Shown here in pieces: positions 1-17,702 of a stretch of 64,000 bases of DNA (position 1 is the first letter of the stretch; each line of letters opens with the position of its first letter). Where the stretch lies: NCBI GenBank assembly GCA_051362555.1, contig CM120642.1, positions 29,202,001 through 29,266,000 of the forward strand. The letters are read 5' to 3'. The notes below the pieces were generated by a model. The model saw only the letters and a list, made by a program, of their open reading frames with translations. It did no database searches and was not told the origin of the DNA. A program made the translations under genes and the position numbers. The DNA is from Lingula anatina (taxonomy: Eukaryota; Animalia; Brachiopoda).

Positions 1-5854
<5,854 letters not shown>

Positions 5855-7271
5855 AAATTGGGTTATTAATACAGGTTGCCCTCATACTATGTCTCATAGG
5901 GTTAATATGACTGACTGATGTTTGACTGACCGCTGTTTAAGTTAAAACTTAAGTAAACAATTGATTTCTTTGGGTAAATATCATAATTGGGGAATGAAAG
6001 GTTGAATTTTAAGGGGGATTGTGACAGGAGTGAACTGGTGAATTAAAATGTTCGAGTGTTACTGTTAAGATATATTACCACATAACTATTGTTATGTATT
6101 TCTTTGTGAAGGTTAATTACTGAGACCTCAAGGTTAGCTGTGCTCAGACTTAACTGAAGGCCCTGAAATGAATGTTTGGAATTCATTTTTATTTGGCTGT
6201 ACAAGGCGACAGTAATGGTTTTGGTTAGGGCCAGTTGATATAATATCATTATAATAATATGTATCATTAATTTATCTTTTAACCTTTTTACCTCTTCTCA
6301 TATAGTATTTATATATAACCCTGTAAAAATAACAGCATAGATTATGGCTACAATTGTAACTCTTTTGCTATCTTGAAGAATTACATTGCTACTGTGTGGA
6401 AGTTGCAATTAGTATTTTATTACATGTATACAAGTGGACATTGAATATGTGGCAATATAAATAATCTACGTTTCTCATTTCAAAGTCTCAGCTACCAAGT
6501 GATTATTTTAATAATCATTAATTAAATTAAATAATTAAAATAAAATTAGAGGATGAATAAAGGAGAGAAACAAAACTGTACAAAGATGAACAGTCACACG
6601 GTTGTCACTATAGTATTATGCTTTTACTTTTCTTCAATGGAAATATAGAAAGACAGTGCTTCATGTTGAATAAGAAGTATATTTGTAAAATTATCATGTT
6701 ATACATAGGTAGCCAAGTTTGATTGAGAAACATGATCACTTCATGTGGAGGCGAAGTTCAGTAGTCACCTTTGTCTGCCACAACGCATTTTATATGTATA
6801 GGGAAGGTGGTCAAGGAATTTCACTGCACATTGGTACTACTGGTAACAATTTGTACTACTTATCAAGAAATTGTGAAGAATGAACTGATATTTTTATGGA
6901 CAGAATTTATATTTGGTACTTTGCTTATGGTTAATGTATTGTGAGAAGGCAGTTGGCATAAAACCATTATATTTTCTAATTTCTGTTGAAGTGGAAAGAT
7001 TTTTTGCAAGGAAGTTACAACGTATTTTAGATCTTGTACTAAATGTACTGAGGCATAGGACCCTTAGTTGACTTTAGAGTCAAATTACGAATGTCCATAC
7101 GTTAACATTCTATTTTTATGTGGAGGTAAAAAATGATAACGATCAAAATTATGACAGTTTAACTGTATCATATCTGTTGCACTGCATGTATGGTATCACA
7201 AATTGTGACACATTTCTTACATCTTCCAGCCTATTTTTAATTCTTAAGCAACTGTAATAATTTCCTGGATA

Positions 7272-7277
7272 AATAAA
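7272..7277 (+). terminator. Candidate poly(A) signal AATAAA of LONRF (~1.4 kb 3'UTR)
   Basis: AATAAA followed by T/GT-rich sequence; earlier AATAAA copies exist, so assignment is tentative. Confidence 0.4.
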
Positions 7278-7347
7278 ACAGATATAACAACATAAGCTGC
7301 TTTAAATTTTTTAGAACTTCTTGGTTTGTCATGAAAAGGTAGACTTA

Positions 7348-7590
7348 GGCTTCGTTCACATGCAATGTCTATTTTCTAATTTCTATTTGCGCTATCTTAT
7401 GATCATGGTCTGTGCCCTGAATATCCCGCTGCGTAATTACTGGCAGCGCGAGCCAGTTACTTATAGTAACTTATAGTAACTGGCTCGCGCTGCCAGTAAT
7501 TACGCCGCGGGATATTCAGGCCACAGACCGTGATCATAAGACATACCGCAAATAGAAATTAGAAAATAGACATTGCATGTGAATGAAGCC
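7348..7590. mobile_element. Fold-back MITE, PIF/Harbinger (Tourist)-like, 243 bp
   Basis: Whole element is a near-perfect inverted repeat (GGCTTCGTTCACATGC...GCATGTGAATGAAGCC) flanked by TTA duplication at 7345-7347 and 7591-7593. Confidence 0.9.
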
Positions 7591-7619
7591 TTAAAGAGCC
7601 CATATGTGACCAAACCAGA

Positions 7620-7625
7620 TTTATT
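7620..7625 (-). terminator. Candidate poly(A) signal of MRPL30
   Basis: TTTATT on + (AATAAA on -), ~210 nt past the stop codon. Confidence 0.45.
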
Positions 7626-7834
7626 TCTTTTATGATCAAGTGGGTGATCCTAATACTAGTATCATTGCATTCCATTGTGTTCTAGTTACATGTCATAAAT
7701 GGCATTCATTGTCCAAACTTTATCCATGGAGATAGTAAAAAGTACTTCCCTCTTTTCTTTTCTTAGTTCTGCATGTACCTTTCATTATCATGCTAGGACA
7801 GTCATGTTGCATTAGAAGGTGCACGAAATTAGTT

Positions 7835-8284
7835 TCATGTATTAAAACCAGGTCTAGGTACTGCAGAAGGCAGTGGTGTCTTTTTCTTCTCTTCCTTTCC
7901 TTTTACAGTCTTGGTCCACCGGTCATATTTTTCCTCTTTGCCATCTTGATTGTAATGATAGCTGTATTGAGCAACATAATATTCTTCGTGCATTGCTTTC
8001 CTTTCCAGTTTTCTACGCATTTCCTTCCGTATAGTGTCCCCATCGAGAGACCATTTTCTTCTTTCATTATATTCGTCATTGTTGATCTCTGCAGCCTGCT
8101 GTGGCTTCAGAGATTTGTTAACTACAAACTCTCCATTTGACTTCAATTTTGCATGGTCAAAGTCACTGGGATCTTCAGGGAGACCATGAGGAAATCTCAC
8201 TGGTACAACTTTTACGAGATGGTTTACCTTGCGCAATTCCACATTGATTCCAGGCGTGTTCTTATGAACTGTCAATTCATTCAT
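7835..8284 (-). CDS. MRPL30: MRPL30 exon 4 (terminal)
   Basis: Acceptor ttttcag immediately before 8284; HKN motif of L30; stop TGA. Confidence 0.92.
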   Translation of the reverse strand: MNELTVHKNTPGINVELRKVNHLVKVVPVRFPHGLPEDPSDFDHAKLKSNGEFVVNKSLKPQQAAEINNDEYNERRKWSLDGDTIRKEMRRKLERKAMHEEYYVAQYSYHYNQDGKEEKYDRWTKTVKGKEEKKKTPLPSAVPRPGFNT

Positions 8285-11200
8285 CTGAAAAAATAATTAA
8301 TATATCAACAATTTTTTTTAATTGTAAAATGATGTTCCATAATTAAAATAAATCTCATTTTTGAAGAAACCACGCTTATTTTGGTGTTTCAGTCATGTCT
8401 TTAAACGGTTATTGCTACTTTGAATAAACATGTATAGAAAATAAACAAAACACATTTGTCTTGTGCAATGTATTTACAGGATACTTTAAAAAATTAAGGG
8501 AAATTAATTATGCTCTACACACATCTAGCAGTAAAGAAACGCCCTAGTTTTATTCCATAAAGCCAAAAATGACTGAAAAGATGAATAGTTTGACCCTACC
8601 ACAAGATGTTGTATCTCACTTACCTTTGTGTTCAATAACCCTAGTCTTTCTAAGGCTTGTTTTTCCCACCATGGGACTCCCTTCACAGGTCGAATTCTGC
8701 TCACAGCATGGAGGGGTGCAGGCTCAATTTCTGGTGGTGGTGGCCCATTCTAAAAGATTACACAATATACTGAACCTGAATTGAAACCTTCAGCAATTAA
8801 ACTGTGAGTACATCCTCCCAGTGATGTTGGTTTTGAGAGATTAATATCGGATACATCAATATAAGCCTGACAGGCAGATTAGAAATAGTTTTTCTTAAAG
8901 CACAACATGTGGCAGACTTTAAAATGCTCATAAATACATGCAAATTTCAGTTCCACCTGGTTAAAATTTTTAGAAAATGAAAACATAAGATACATTTGTA
9001 TGTGTACTACAGATTAAGGAAGATCATATGATCATATTATAAACAAGGCAGCAAAGCTGTCAAATGTACAGACAAAGAACAGAAAATAAAGATGCAAATA
9101 AGTGAAAAATTAAATTTTCACAAAAAACTGTTAAATTGCCAGAAAAATTTACCAAACAGACTGCGTTGCCTATTGAAGCTGTATGTTAGACCCATGTTTC
9201 TTTCCTGTAAGTTTGAGAACAGTAAGTGACATGATTTCCCTTAAATGGTCATCATAGGAGCAGTGCCCAAAATAGGGGTTTCTTCAAATTTTGATGCAAC
9301 ATTACATAATGTTTAACAGCATAATGACAATCAAATGTTATTAATAAAATATTAGTAACATGGACATTCAGAAAATGTGACAAGCAAAAGTCTTCAAGAT
9401 CATGGAACTTTAAAGTCACACCTTGAAAATGCCAATATGTGAAAAATTAAATTTTCACAAAAAACTGTTTAACTGCAAAAAAAACAAAAAAAAAAAAAAA
9501 AAACAAACAGACTGCATTGCCTACTGAAGCTGTATTTTAGTCCCATGTTTCTATCCTGTAAGTTTGAGAACAGTAAGTGACATGATTTTCCTTAAATGGT
9601 CATCATGGAAGCAGTGCCCAAAATGGGGGTTTCTTCAAATTTTGATGCAATATTACATAATGTTCAACAGCTTAATGACCATCAATTTTTAATTATAAAA
9701 TATTTGTATCACAGATATTCAGAAAATGTGACTAGCAAAGGTATTCAGGCCCATGGAACTTCAAAGTCACGCCTTGATAATGCCAAAATGTAAACATGAC
9801 AGCACTGTTCTGAAATGGGTTTATTTCCATTTTTAACACTTTTTTAACATAAAACAAAATAAACATTTTACTGCCATTTTTATATGTCCAACTAAGAAAA
9901 TTGATGAGATGGGAAAAGTATCAATAGAACAGTGTTAAATGTCCAATTTCCTCCATTCTGAGATTCTGAACATAGTGGATGATTGAATATGACAAACTGC
10001 AATGATATGAGTTTATATCCATTTTTGACACTTTATTACACAATACATGATAACAAGTTTACCATGTTTTTTACATAATCAACTAACAATGTTGTAAAGA
10101 TGCAGGAAATATCAAACAAACACTTTTAGGCATCTTATTAGTTAAATAATGAGACTGTTAACATGCCTAATAATTGAATGTGAGGAAATGTGAAAAAACA
10201 GTATAACTTCTTAAGTAATGGCCCGGTTATGCTTATTTTCGAACTCAACCTGCGTTTTAGTAAGATTGACCACTCCTGTGAGTATAATGACAATTGGCCA
10301 ATCTGTTTTTCTTATATTATGTTATCAGTGTTGCATTTATATTGAAAATAGTGAAAAAACAGCATAAATTTCCTAAAAGTGATCCGATCATGCTGATTTT
10401 CAAACTTGACCTGCGTATTATGAATATTCATCAGTTCTGTAAGTTTCAAGTCAAAAGGTAAAATGGTTTTCCACTTATCGTGTTATCGGTGCTGCATATA
10501 TGCTGAAAAAAGTGAAAAAACAGCATAAATTCCCTAAAAGTGACCCGATCATGCTGATTTTCGAACTTGACCTGCGTATTATGAATATTCATCAGTTCTG
10601 TAAGTTTCAAGTCAAAAGGTAAAATTGTTTTCCACTTATCGTGTTATCGGTGCTGCATACATGCTGAAAAAAGTGAAAAAACAGCATAAATTCCCTAAAA
10701 GTGACCCGATCATGCTGATTTTCGAACTTGACCTGCGTATTATGAATATTCATCAGTTCTGTAAGTTTCAAGTCAAAAGGTAAAATGGTTTTCCACTTAT
10801 CGTGTTATCGGTGCTGCATATATGCTGAAAAAAGTGAAAAAACAGCATAAATTCCCTAAAAGTGACCCGATCATGCTGATTTTCGAACTTGACCTGCGTA
10901 TTATAAATATTCATCAGTTCTGCAAGTTTCAAGTCAAAAGGTAAAATGGTTTTCCACTTATCGTGTTATCGGTAAAAGTGCACGGCGACGGCGGCGACGA
11001 CAGCGACGGTGACGACAGACGCAGATGATGGCTATATGTACAGACACATCTGTGTCTGTACATAAAAAGTCATTACTAGTACATAAAACAACTAAATGAA
11101 CTATTTCATCTGAGAGAAACACACACACCTCAAGCATTTTCTGGTACTCCAGTAAAGGTTCAGCCCAAGTTTTGTCAGCATCTCTTTTCTTTTTCCAGTT

Positions 11201-14200
11201 CTGATATTCTCGAGCCCTGAAAAACTTTCTGGCGGATTTGTGTCTCATTTGCAACACAGTGGCACAAGTCCGAACCACCAAACAAGGCCGTTGTAGATCT
11301 TTCAGCTGCAATATAATAAAATAATAATGGCTAACCATGAACTTTATTTTTTAATCAGAATCAACAATACACAAGCCTTATATGAATGATGGACCACTGT
11401 TAGTGTAGTAAATGGCTGCCCGGGTAACTTTTGCCGCAGACGTGTTGCCGTTTAAAGTTGCCTCTCTGACAGGCAAAATTTAACTACAGTATTCACATAT
11501 TCTTCTAAAAATAATTTTAAATTAGAATTTATGTATGATTCATACATAAAATCTGGCTGGGCGATGGGTTAAAGGTAGAATAAAGTGGGGCAGTCTGATG
11601 GGGGGGGGGGGGGGGGGGGGGAGTTGCCCGCCCCATTCTTACAGTCGGTTACAGGATTACTGAACCCAGAACGAGGCTCTCATTTTGGACTAGGGTAAAA
11701 CATTGGCTTGCGCCCATTACTCTCAATGTTAAATTGGTGAACTTTGATCGTTCATATCAAGCAGACCAGAGAACAATTACTTGTGACAACCACTTGGTTA
11801 TATTCACTAGGGTTTTTAGCGTCAGTCAATGGGCCTCAGGAGGATTTTCTAGAGCTGATGGTGATTTTATCAGCGATAATACCAACACTCCTCCAACGGG
11901 CTGCAATTTCAGTTTACACCAGATGCATGTTGTAATAGGTATATTTTATCGTCTGTATCAAGTATATCTGTGAACAAATACGCATGACAACTGTTTGTTG
12001 ATATTCACTTACGTATTTAGCTCAGGGAAATTGCCATCAAAAGGATTTTCTAGCGTCAGTGGCGACTTTATCAACGATGGTAGTGTACTATTTTTAAAGC
12101 AATTTTTCCTACTGGGACACTATGACCTATACGCACCCAGTTCATTAATATACAGTCAGAATTCTTGTATAATAAAATCATTATCTAAACAAAGAAAACT
12201 ATTATATTCATATTGCTTTTAGAGGTCTCAGTTTGAAAGATTTGATAAGCTAGAAAAGGAGGCTTGGGTAGCACTGCTCAGTCCTGTCGTGTTCGAAGCA
12301 GGTGTCTCAAGTAATGCAATTAATGTGCTTTCAAAAAGAATTTTAATTGGTCACTGCTGTGTTTTTCATTAAAATTTATTTTTCTACTGTTGTCTGGATT
12401 ATGTTTGAAGAGACTATGAAATACTTTTTTAGCTTTTATAATTTCTGCAAAAACGTAAAAAATTTCATTAGAGGCCTGCCAAAATTATTTTTCATAAATA
12501 GATTCATCCATAATTATCCAATTAAACAAAAAGTTTTGAATGAAAGCCTCACTTTAATCTTTATAAATTGTCAAAATCTACAAATCATTTTTGACTCTGA
12601 TGCTAAATGAAGTTCATGGTGTTTTTTTTTTTTTTTTTTTTTTTTTTAGAAAATAATATAAATTTATACAGTAGTGATTTCATTTTCATTTTTAGAACAT
12701 CAGACTCAATATCACAATACAAAGTACGATCTATAAAAATCTGAATTGAATGCATATTTAACCGTCATAAATCACTTTGAATTCTTAAACAAAATGCAAA
12801 ATGAAAGATGCAATAAAACTTGTTGACTTTAAATTTACATTTTATTTCTATCTACATGTATAAGGTATGTAAGAAAGGAGTTATAAAATTCCTTGACATA
12901 TGCTGTAAAGTTCCATTCTGAATTAACATTTGTACAGTAAAAATGAATTAGAATTTCTATATCACACTTAAGCAAATATAACAGTAGTGTCCAATCCATA
13001 ACAAAAATTTGATTGCTGAGTGTTTTTTCTAATTGCATGGGTTAATAGATTTTACTCAGCAAACAGCTCCACCCGCTTGTTTCTTCCAGTTAATCATATA
13101 CTGGAGTATGTGCATTGATAGCCTTTCTTGCGTTCTATCCTCTCGATGAAAGTGTGCAACATCACAAAGATAAGGTATTACTTATCTGTTCCAATAGCAC
13201 ATTATTGCCATTTACACACTTCATAGTACAATAATTAAATGATTTATTGAGTATGTAAAAATTTCATTCTGTCCATGATCTCAATTCTGTCTGCAGCAAC
13301 ATGGGTATTAAAAAATTACTAGAAAAAATTGTTCAAATTCTCAAAATGGCATGTACTTTCAGTAATAAAATCAGACTAGTAAATTGTCATTAAAGCTTTC
13401 TTTCAGCCCCCCTTTTCAAAGACAAATACAATGACCACACCTGTGAAGATCATATCTGTTTTAGTTCTATTTGCTACAATGACACCAACTGATAAGATCA
13501 CTTTCTTCCCATGAAACCACCTCAAAGGGCTCTATGATTGTTTGAGGATCCAGGTAAGTTCTGTTCAATCGCTGTCAGTGGACAGATTCATCCGATAACA
13601 AAGCCATTGGAACTTCTTACCTGAAAAACAATCAGAACTGTAACTGCAGCTCATATAATTACAGTGTAAGAGAGGTGCATTTCAATCGCTGATAAAATCG
13701 GCATCAATGCTAGAAAAGGTCCTTGATGGCCATTTCCTGACACTAAATACCTATGTTGATATAATTAAACAGTTGTCAAGTTTAATTATCTACCGGTGTG
13801 AGAGATACAGACGATCAAAGTTGATCATTTTAACATGGGGAGTAATGGAGCTTACAGATTGTTTTACCCTAGTCCGGGCGTGGCGGCCATCTTGTGACGT
13901 CATGCCGACTGTAAGAATGGTCAGGCTATTATTTCTGACGAATTTACTACACTGGCACTATGATGCTCTACATAAACAAAACAATTATTTTTATTTCCTC
14001 ACTTACTAGTACTTCATTTCGCCATATTTGCAAAGGTTAACAAAGTAGTGCTTGAATACATTACAGGAGTGCTAACGTGATTTCGTGCTAATAAGTACTG
14101 GTATTCAGTGTCAGCCAGCGGGTGCTCCCCGTGACATTCCCTTCAAGTCTTCCTTGGATTTTAAAACTTACTCAGTTGTCCGGAATTATTCACATATATA

Positions 14201-14308
14201 TTCATTAAGATAGATCCCAATATTTGCAATGTATTGTCGTTGATTGAAAACCCACTTATTTTAATGATTTTACAAACAACTCACCTTGTTCAACACGATG
14301 CCAGCCAT
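7835..14308 (-). CDS. MRPL30: Mitochondrial large ribosomal subunit protein uL30m; complement(join(7835..8284,8624..8749,11129..11305,14285..14308)), ~258 aa
   Basis: LHAVSRIRPVKGVPWWEKQALERLGL and VHKNTPGINVELRKVNHLVKVVPVRFPHGLP..LKSNGEFVV match the uL30m core as recalled. N-terminus MAGIVLNK plus a basic presequence-like segment. All three introns are GT-AG, phase 0. Confidence 0.9.
8624..8749 (-). CDS. MRPL30: MRPL30 exon 3
   Basis: Acceptor cttttag, donor AAG|gtaagt; 42 codons NGPPPPEIEPAPLHAVSRI...LGLLNTK. Confidence 0.92.
9102..9790. repeat. Two diverged direct copies of a ~337-bp unit
   Basis: GTGAAAAATTAAATTTTCACAAAAAACTG at 9102 and 9439 with colinear downstream similarity. Confidence 0.9.
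10190..10973. repeat. 161-bp tandem satellite, ~5 units
   Basis: Unit anchors GTGAAAAAA at 10190, 10351, 10512, 10673 and 10834 (exact 161-bp spacing); last three nearly identical. Confidence 0.97.
11129..11305 (-). CDS. MRPL30: MRPL30 exon 2
   Basis: Acceptor attgcag, donor GAG|gtgtgt; 59 codons including QMRHKSARKFFR. Confidence 0.82.
11600..11621. repeat. Poly-G tract (22 nt)
   Basis: Direct reading. Confidence 0.9.
11633..13920. mobile_element. ~2.3 kb non-autonomous DNA transposon with long compound imperfect TIRs, in MRPL30 intron 1 (superfamily unassigned)
   Basis: CCATTCTTACAGTCGG (11633-11648) is the exact reverse complement of 13905-13920; GGACTAGGGTAAAACA (11687) begins a ~190-bp imperfect inverted match to ~13685-13875; a further subterminal copy lies at ~11950-12080. 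Confidence 0.8.
13885..13902. promoter_or_regulatory. Adjacent YY1-like (GGCCATCTT) and palindromic CRE (TGACGTCA) motifs in a CpG-rich patch
   Basis: Motifs read directly; function inferred only. Confidence 0.35.
14285..14308 (-). CDS. MRPL30: MRPL30 exon 1 (MAGIVLNK)
   Basis: aaaATGG Kozak context overlapping a YY1-like AAAATGGC; strong donor AAG|gtgagt; phase 0 matches exon 2. Confidence 0.75.
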
Positions 14309-16595
14309 TTTGGTTTTATCATAATATTTAAAGTATAGTTTCGTATCTTAAAATAAAAAAGGATAAACTTATTCGCATAATCCATGAATATGTTTTGGTA
14401 TTTACTTCACTATAATATAAATGAAAATCTCCAGTTTAATAAAAACAATACAAGTTGTTGTAAAATTATACTACAACATTTATCTTGAAAAAAACTAATA
14501 CCTAAATGGTTTCTAACTTTGAATGTCTTTTAATCTCAGGCGCTTCTTTCGAAGCATGGTTAAACCTATCCAGGTAAAAGATGCGACTAAATGCACAGAT
14601 TTCAAGACAATCTAAAGCTATCTTTCATTTTTCAAAAGGCTTTATGAGTCAAACTTTATTCATATTTGTTTGTTGGAGTCACTTAATCATGCTAGAGCGG
14701 AACAATAATTATGTTAGATGCTTGCATAGACCATAGCAATATTACTAATTTATAAGCCTGGCAAAAGCACGAAATTAATGCATTAGTAAGTGCTACATTG
14801 CATTCAAACCATAATTTAAAGAATCAGTTTCAAGAGACTTTTGTAACTAGCCCTCAAGAATAAATTAGTTTGAAACTTGAAAAGCACTCGAGAAGCACTC
14901 CATCAAGGTAACTCAGTTTTCATACAGTCAATTAGTTAGCAATCAAATGATGGTTATAGAGTCAAGTAATATGTGTGATAACACACTGTAACTTGAGCGA
15001 TATATGCCAGAACGAACACCTCAAACGAGAGTTGTTGTTCGAGCTGAAGGCATATATGATATTGCAAGAGGGTGGTAGTATTTTATTTGATATATACACA
15101 GAGAAAAAGTATTTTAATTTCATGAAAAAATTCCCTCTAAAACTGAATAAGACATATGTCGTCATGGTCACATTTATAACATCTCTATAGGCATACTGGT
15201 CATTCTGTTATTGGTTATACGATAGTTGTCTGTTGCAGTGCGTGGGCGAAAATAGGCATATTTAAATGTGGAATAGATAATTATGCACATCGTATCAGAC
15301 CGAGTATATCTATGTTTAAGACTGTTCTAAGAAGGCAGAGTGGCAGAGGTTATGCTTGACAGGATGGATAGATGAGTGAGTTGTTGTTGTTGTTGTCAGC
15401 ATTGCCATAGAATATTGCCAGAATTCCACCTCGCCATTTTCCTTAGGGTTACATCAATTTTTCAACACCTTGGTGTCATATTTGCTGGCTAGTCATGCTG
15501 TAGTCCATTAACCCCATTTTATTGATCAATCTGGCACAAATTTGTCTTTTAAAAAGGCTCTTTATTCTGATTACTTACCTTAACTAGGTGCATGTGTGCT
15601 TACTTAATGATATATGGAAGCTGATTCAATATAAAAATAGGCATATGATATTATGTAACTTATCGCACAGGCAAAATGACGTCTGGTGAGGTGCCTGACT
15701 GTAATGTCTCCACATAAAAAAAACCATTACAGATCAGATGAGTTACACTCAATCAGTGTATTGTAATAGAATTCCAGCATAGCAACTTTTTGAAGGGATC
15801 AATTCTGGAAGTTTTCTCACCCGAAAATTAAGTATCAAATCTGGTTTTATCAATGTACGTGTGTTTCTGGTTCTTACTTCAGATGAGATCTATACTAAAA
15901 AATGCATATATGGATGTGTTCTTAGCTTTTTTTTCTGCATTTCTCTTTAAACAAGTTGACTGGTATGTACATACCTTGCAGTAAATCATTTATTTAAAAA
16001 AAAATTGAACCTCTGAGAAGTACTTAAATATTTAAAGATAATGGGAATCTTAAAGGTAACATAATCTCCATGAACAGCTACTGTAATTAAAGCTCAATTA
16101 TAATGATGATTCATAGCAGACATACAGGTACATGTAGATATTCCCTTAGAAGTAACAAACATCAAAGGTGTAGTCCCAAAATTGAAAATTGGTATCTATC
16201 AGTCTCATAATTAATTCTGTTAGTAGATTAATGGAGTCTCTTTTTTGTGTAATGAAAGTATCTTTTTAATATGATGATCCTGATTAAAGATGCGAGTTAC
16301 ACTTAACCTTGTACTAAATCAGTATTTCATAGAAGCAGTGGTGGATAGAGTATTTTGAAATAGGGAGTACCAAGTTCTTTTTCTTCCTGAGACAAAATCG
16401 GCTCCACATGCTCCAGTGATAAAAATCTGAAAATGGTGATTATTGAAATTGAAATAAGAAGTCTGTGTAGAAGACAGGTGGGCAGTTTCCTGGATAATGC
16501 CCTTCATAGAATAAAATCTAAGCCTGGCCGTTTGTAAATTCTAATAGTCAAAGAGGTAAAAAACCTCATAGCATGCAGATGTTGTCTTTGGTAAA

Positions 16596-16801
16596 AATAT
16601 ATTCTTTACCAGGTCCATGGTTTCAAAGCCATATTGTAATTGTAATAAATCTGAAAATATCAAGCAGATCGTGTAACAAGGGCACCTGTTAACTGAATAT
16701 ATTCTTTACCAGGTCCATGGTTTCAAAGCCATATTGTAATTGTAATAAGTCTGAAAATATCAAGCAGATCAATCATCATGTAACAAGGGCACCTGTTAAC
16801 T
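16596..16801. repeat. Tandem duplication of a ~100-bp unit
   Basis: AATATATTCTTTACCAGGTCCATGG...GGGCACCTGTTAACT occurs twice, nearly identical. Confidence 0.93.
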
Positions 16802-17480
16802 AAATATATAAAGTCAACTATTAACTGGCCAAGCATTTTTACCTAGTATGTGACACTTGTAATATGACAACAGACAGAAAATAATTTTTAAACCTAGTTC
16901 TGTCAAAAGTAACCTTTGAAAATAAAAAAGGGTTTTCAAAGCTTTTATGCAGTAATTTCAATAAACCTGTGAGATGTATGCATTTTTACAAATGACCTTT
17001 AGTGAACAGTTATTTATGGCAACATTCATAAGTGATTGAACACATAAAGGATGTCCGGTGATGTTAAAAGCAAAGACTGGAAAATGCCAGAGACTGTGTG
17101 TACGTAGATGCCTGAAAGCACATCTAATTCCTTGATCCTGTGAAGCATACATTGCCTCAGAATAAGATATTAAGTAAGATGATAATTTATTGTAGTATTT
17201 ATACAAGTACAAAATTAATATTAATGTGATCTGTTGAAATAAAATAATAGCTTTAATTGTGCTCATTAACAATTCATGTTGCTGTTGGTTAAAAACTGGT
17301 TTTGCTTCAAGTAGCTAAATTGTTCGTTATTTGTGGAATTATTATTTAAAAGTGATAGAAGGTTAGTTTTTTATGCTTAATGTGCTCGATAACTTGAAAG
17401 CATCTCAAATTGTGACTGCATGCCAACATGGCGATCTTGCGCTATTGCCCAACTCAAACTCATTGTGTGTCATTATCACC

Positions 17481-17702
17481 CCATTTCCATAGATTTTTAG
17501 ATCGATCTATCCCTGTGGGGAGTCTCACTAGATTACTGTCAGCTTGGCCGGCTTAAGCATCTGTCCCGCCTACTAAAAGCTGTAAGGGGGTAATGAAATA
17601 TGGTGTCCGCTCCGCTGACTGCAATTTAGCGTGAACCCCCAGGGAGTTAGTTCGATCTAAAACTTAATCTTTAGATCGATCTAAATCTCTGGGAAAGCAC
17701 CC
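17481..17702. mobile_element. MITE family B copy (hairpin, TAGATCGATC subterminal motif)
   Basis: Internal inverted repeats; homologous to 25323-25556 and 34361-34616 (GGGGAGTCTCAC, CCGGCTTAA, GCAATTTAG). Confidence 0.7.

Larger units (their letters stand above)
9041..11068. mobile_element. Non-autonomous Helentron/HINE-like (DINE-1/pearl-type) element with internal satellite, in MRPL30 intron 2
   Basis: Starts AAACAAG; subterminal ATGTACAGAC (9064-9073) is inverted at the far end inside a perfect 14-bp-stem hairpin (11035-11064); internal tandem array, GACG/GGC microsatellite (10981-11025), ends in an A-run with no TSD. Confidence 0.8.

Noticed and set aside
7790-8140. 116-aa hydrophobic + strand ORF
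   Set aside because: Antisense shadow of the Lys/Glu-rich MRPL30 exon 4
10190-10973. CRISPR-like array
   Set aside because: Head-to-tail near-identical monomers with no unique spacers, no cas genes, eukaryotic intron context
10958-11128. Arg-rich tail of the 126-aa minus ORF
   Set aside because: Read-through past the MRPL30 exon 2 donor into the element's GACG microsatellite
13057-13165. Death-domain-like peptide (HILQYMINWKKQAG) on minus strand
   Set aside because: Short, stop-bounded, resemblance by eye only
13868-13890. ATGGCCGCC... as MRPL30 first coding exon
   Set aside because: Donor is phase 2, incompatible with phase-0 exon 2; lies inside the transposon arm; a better exon 1 exists at 14285-14308
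15676-15685. ATGACGTCTG|gtgagg as another phase-1 first exon
   Set aside because: Only 10 nt; expected by chance
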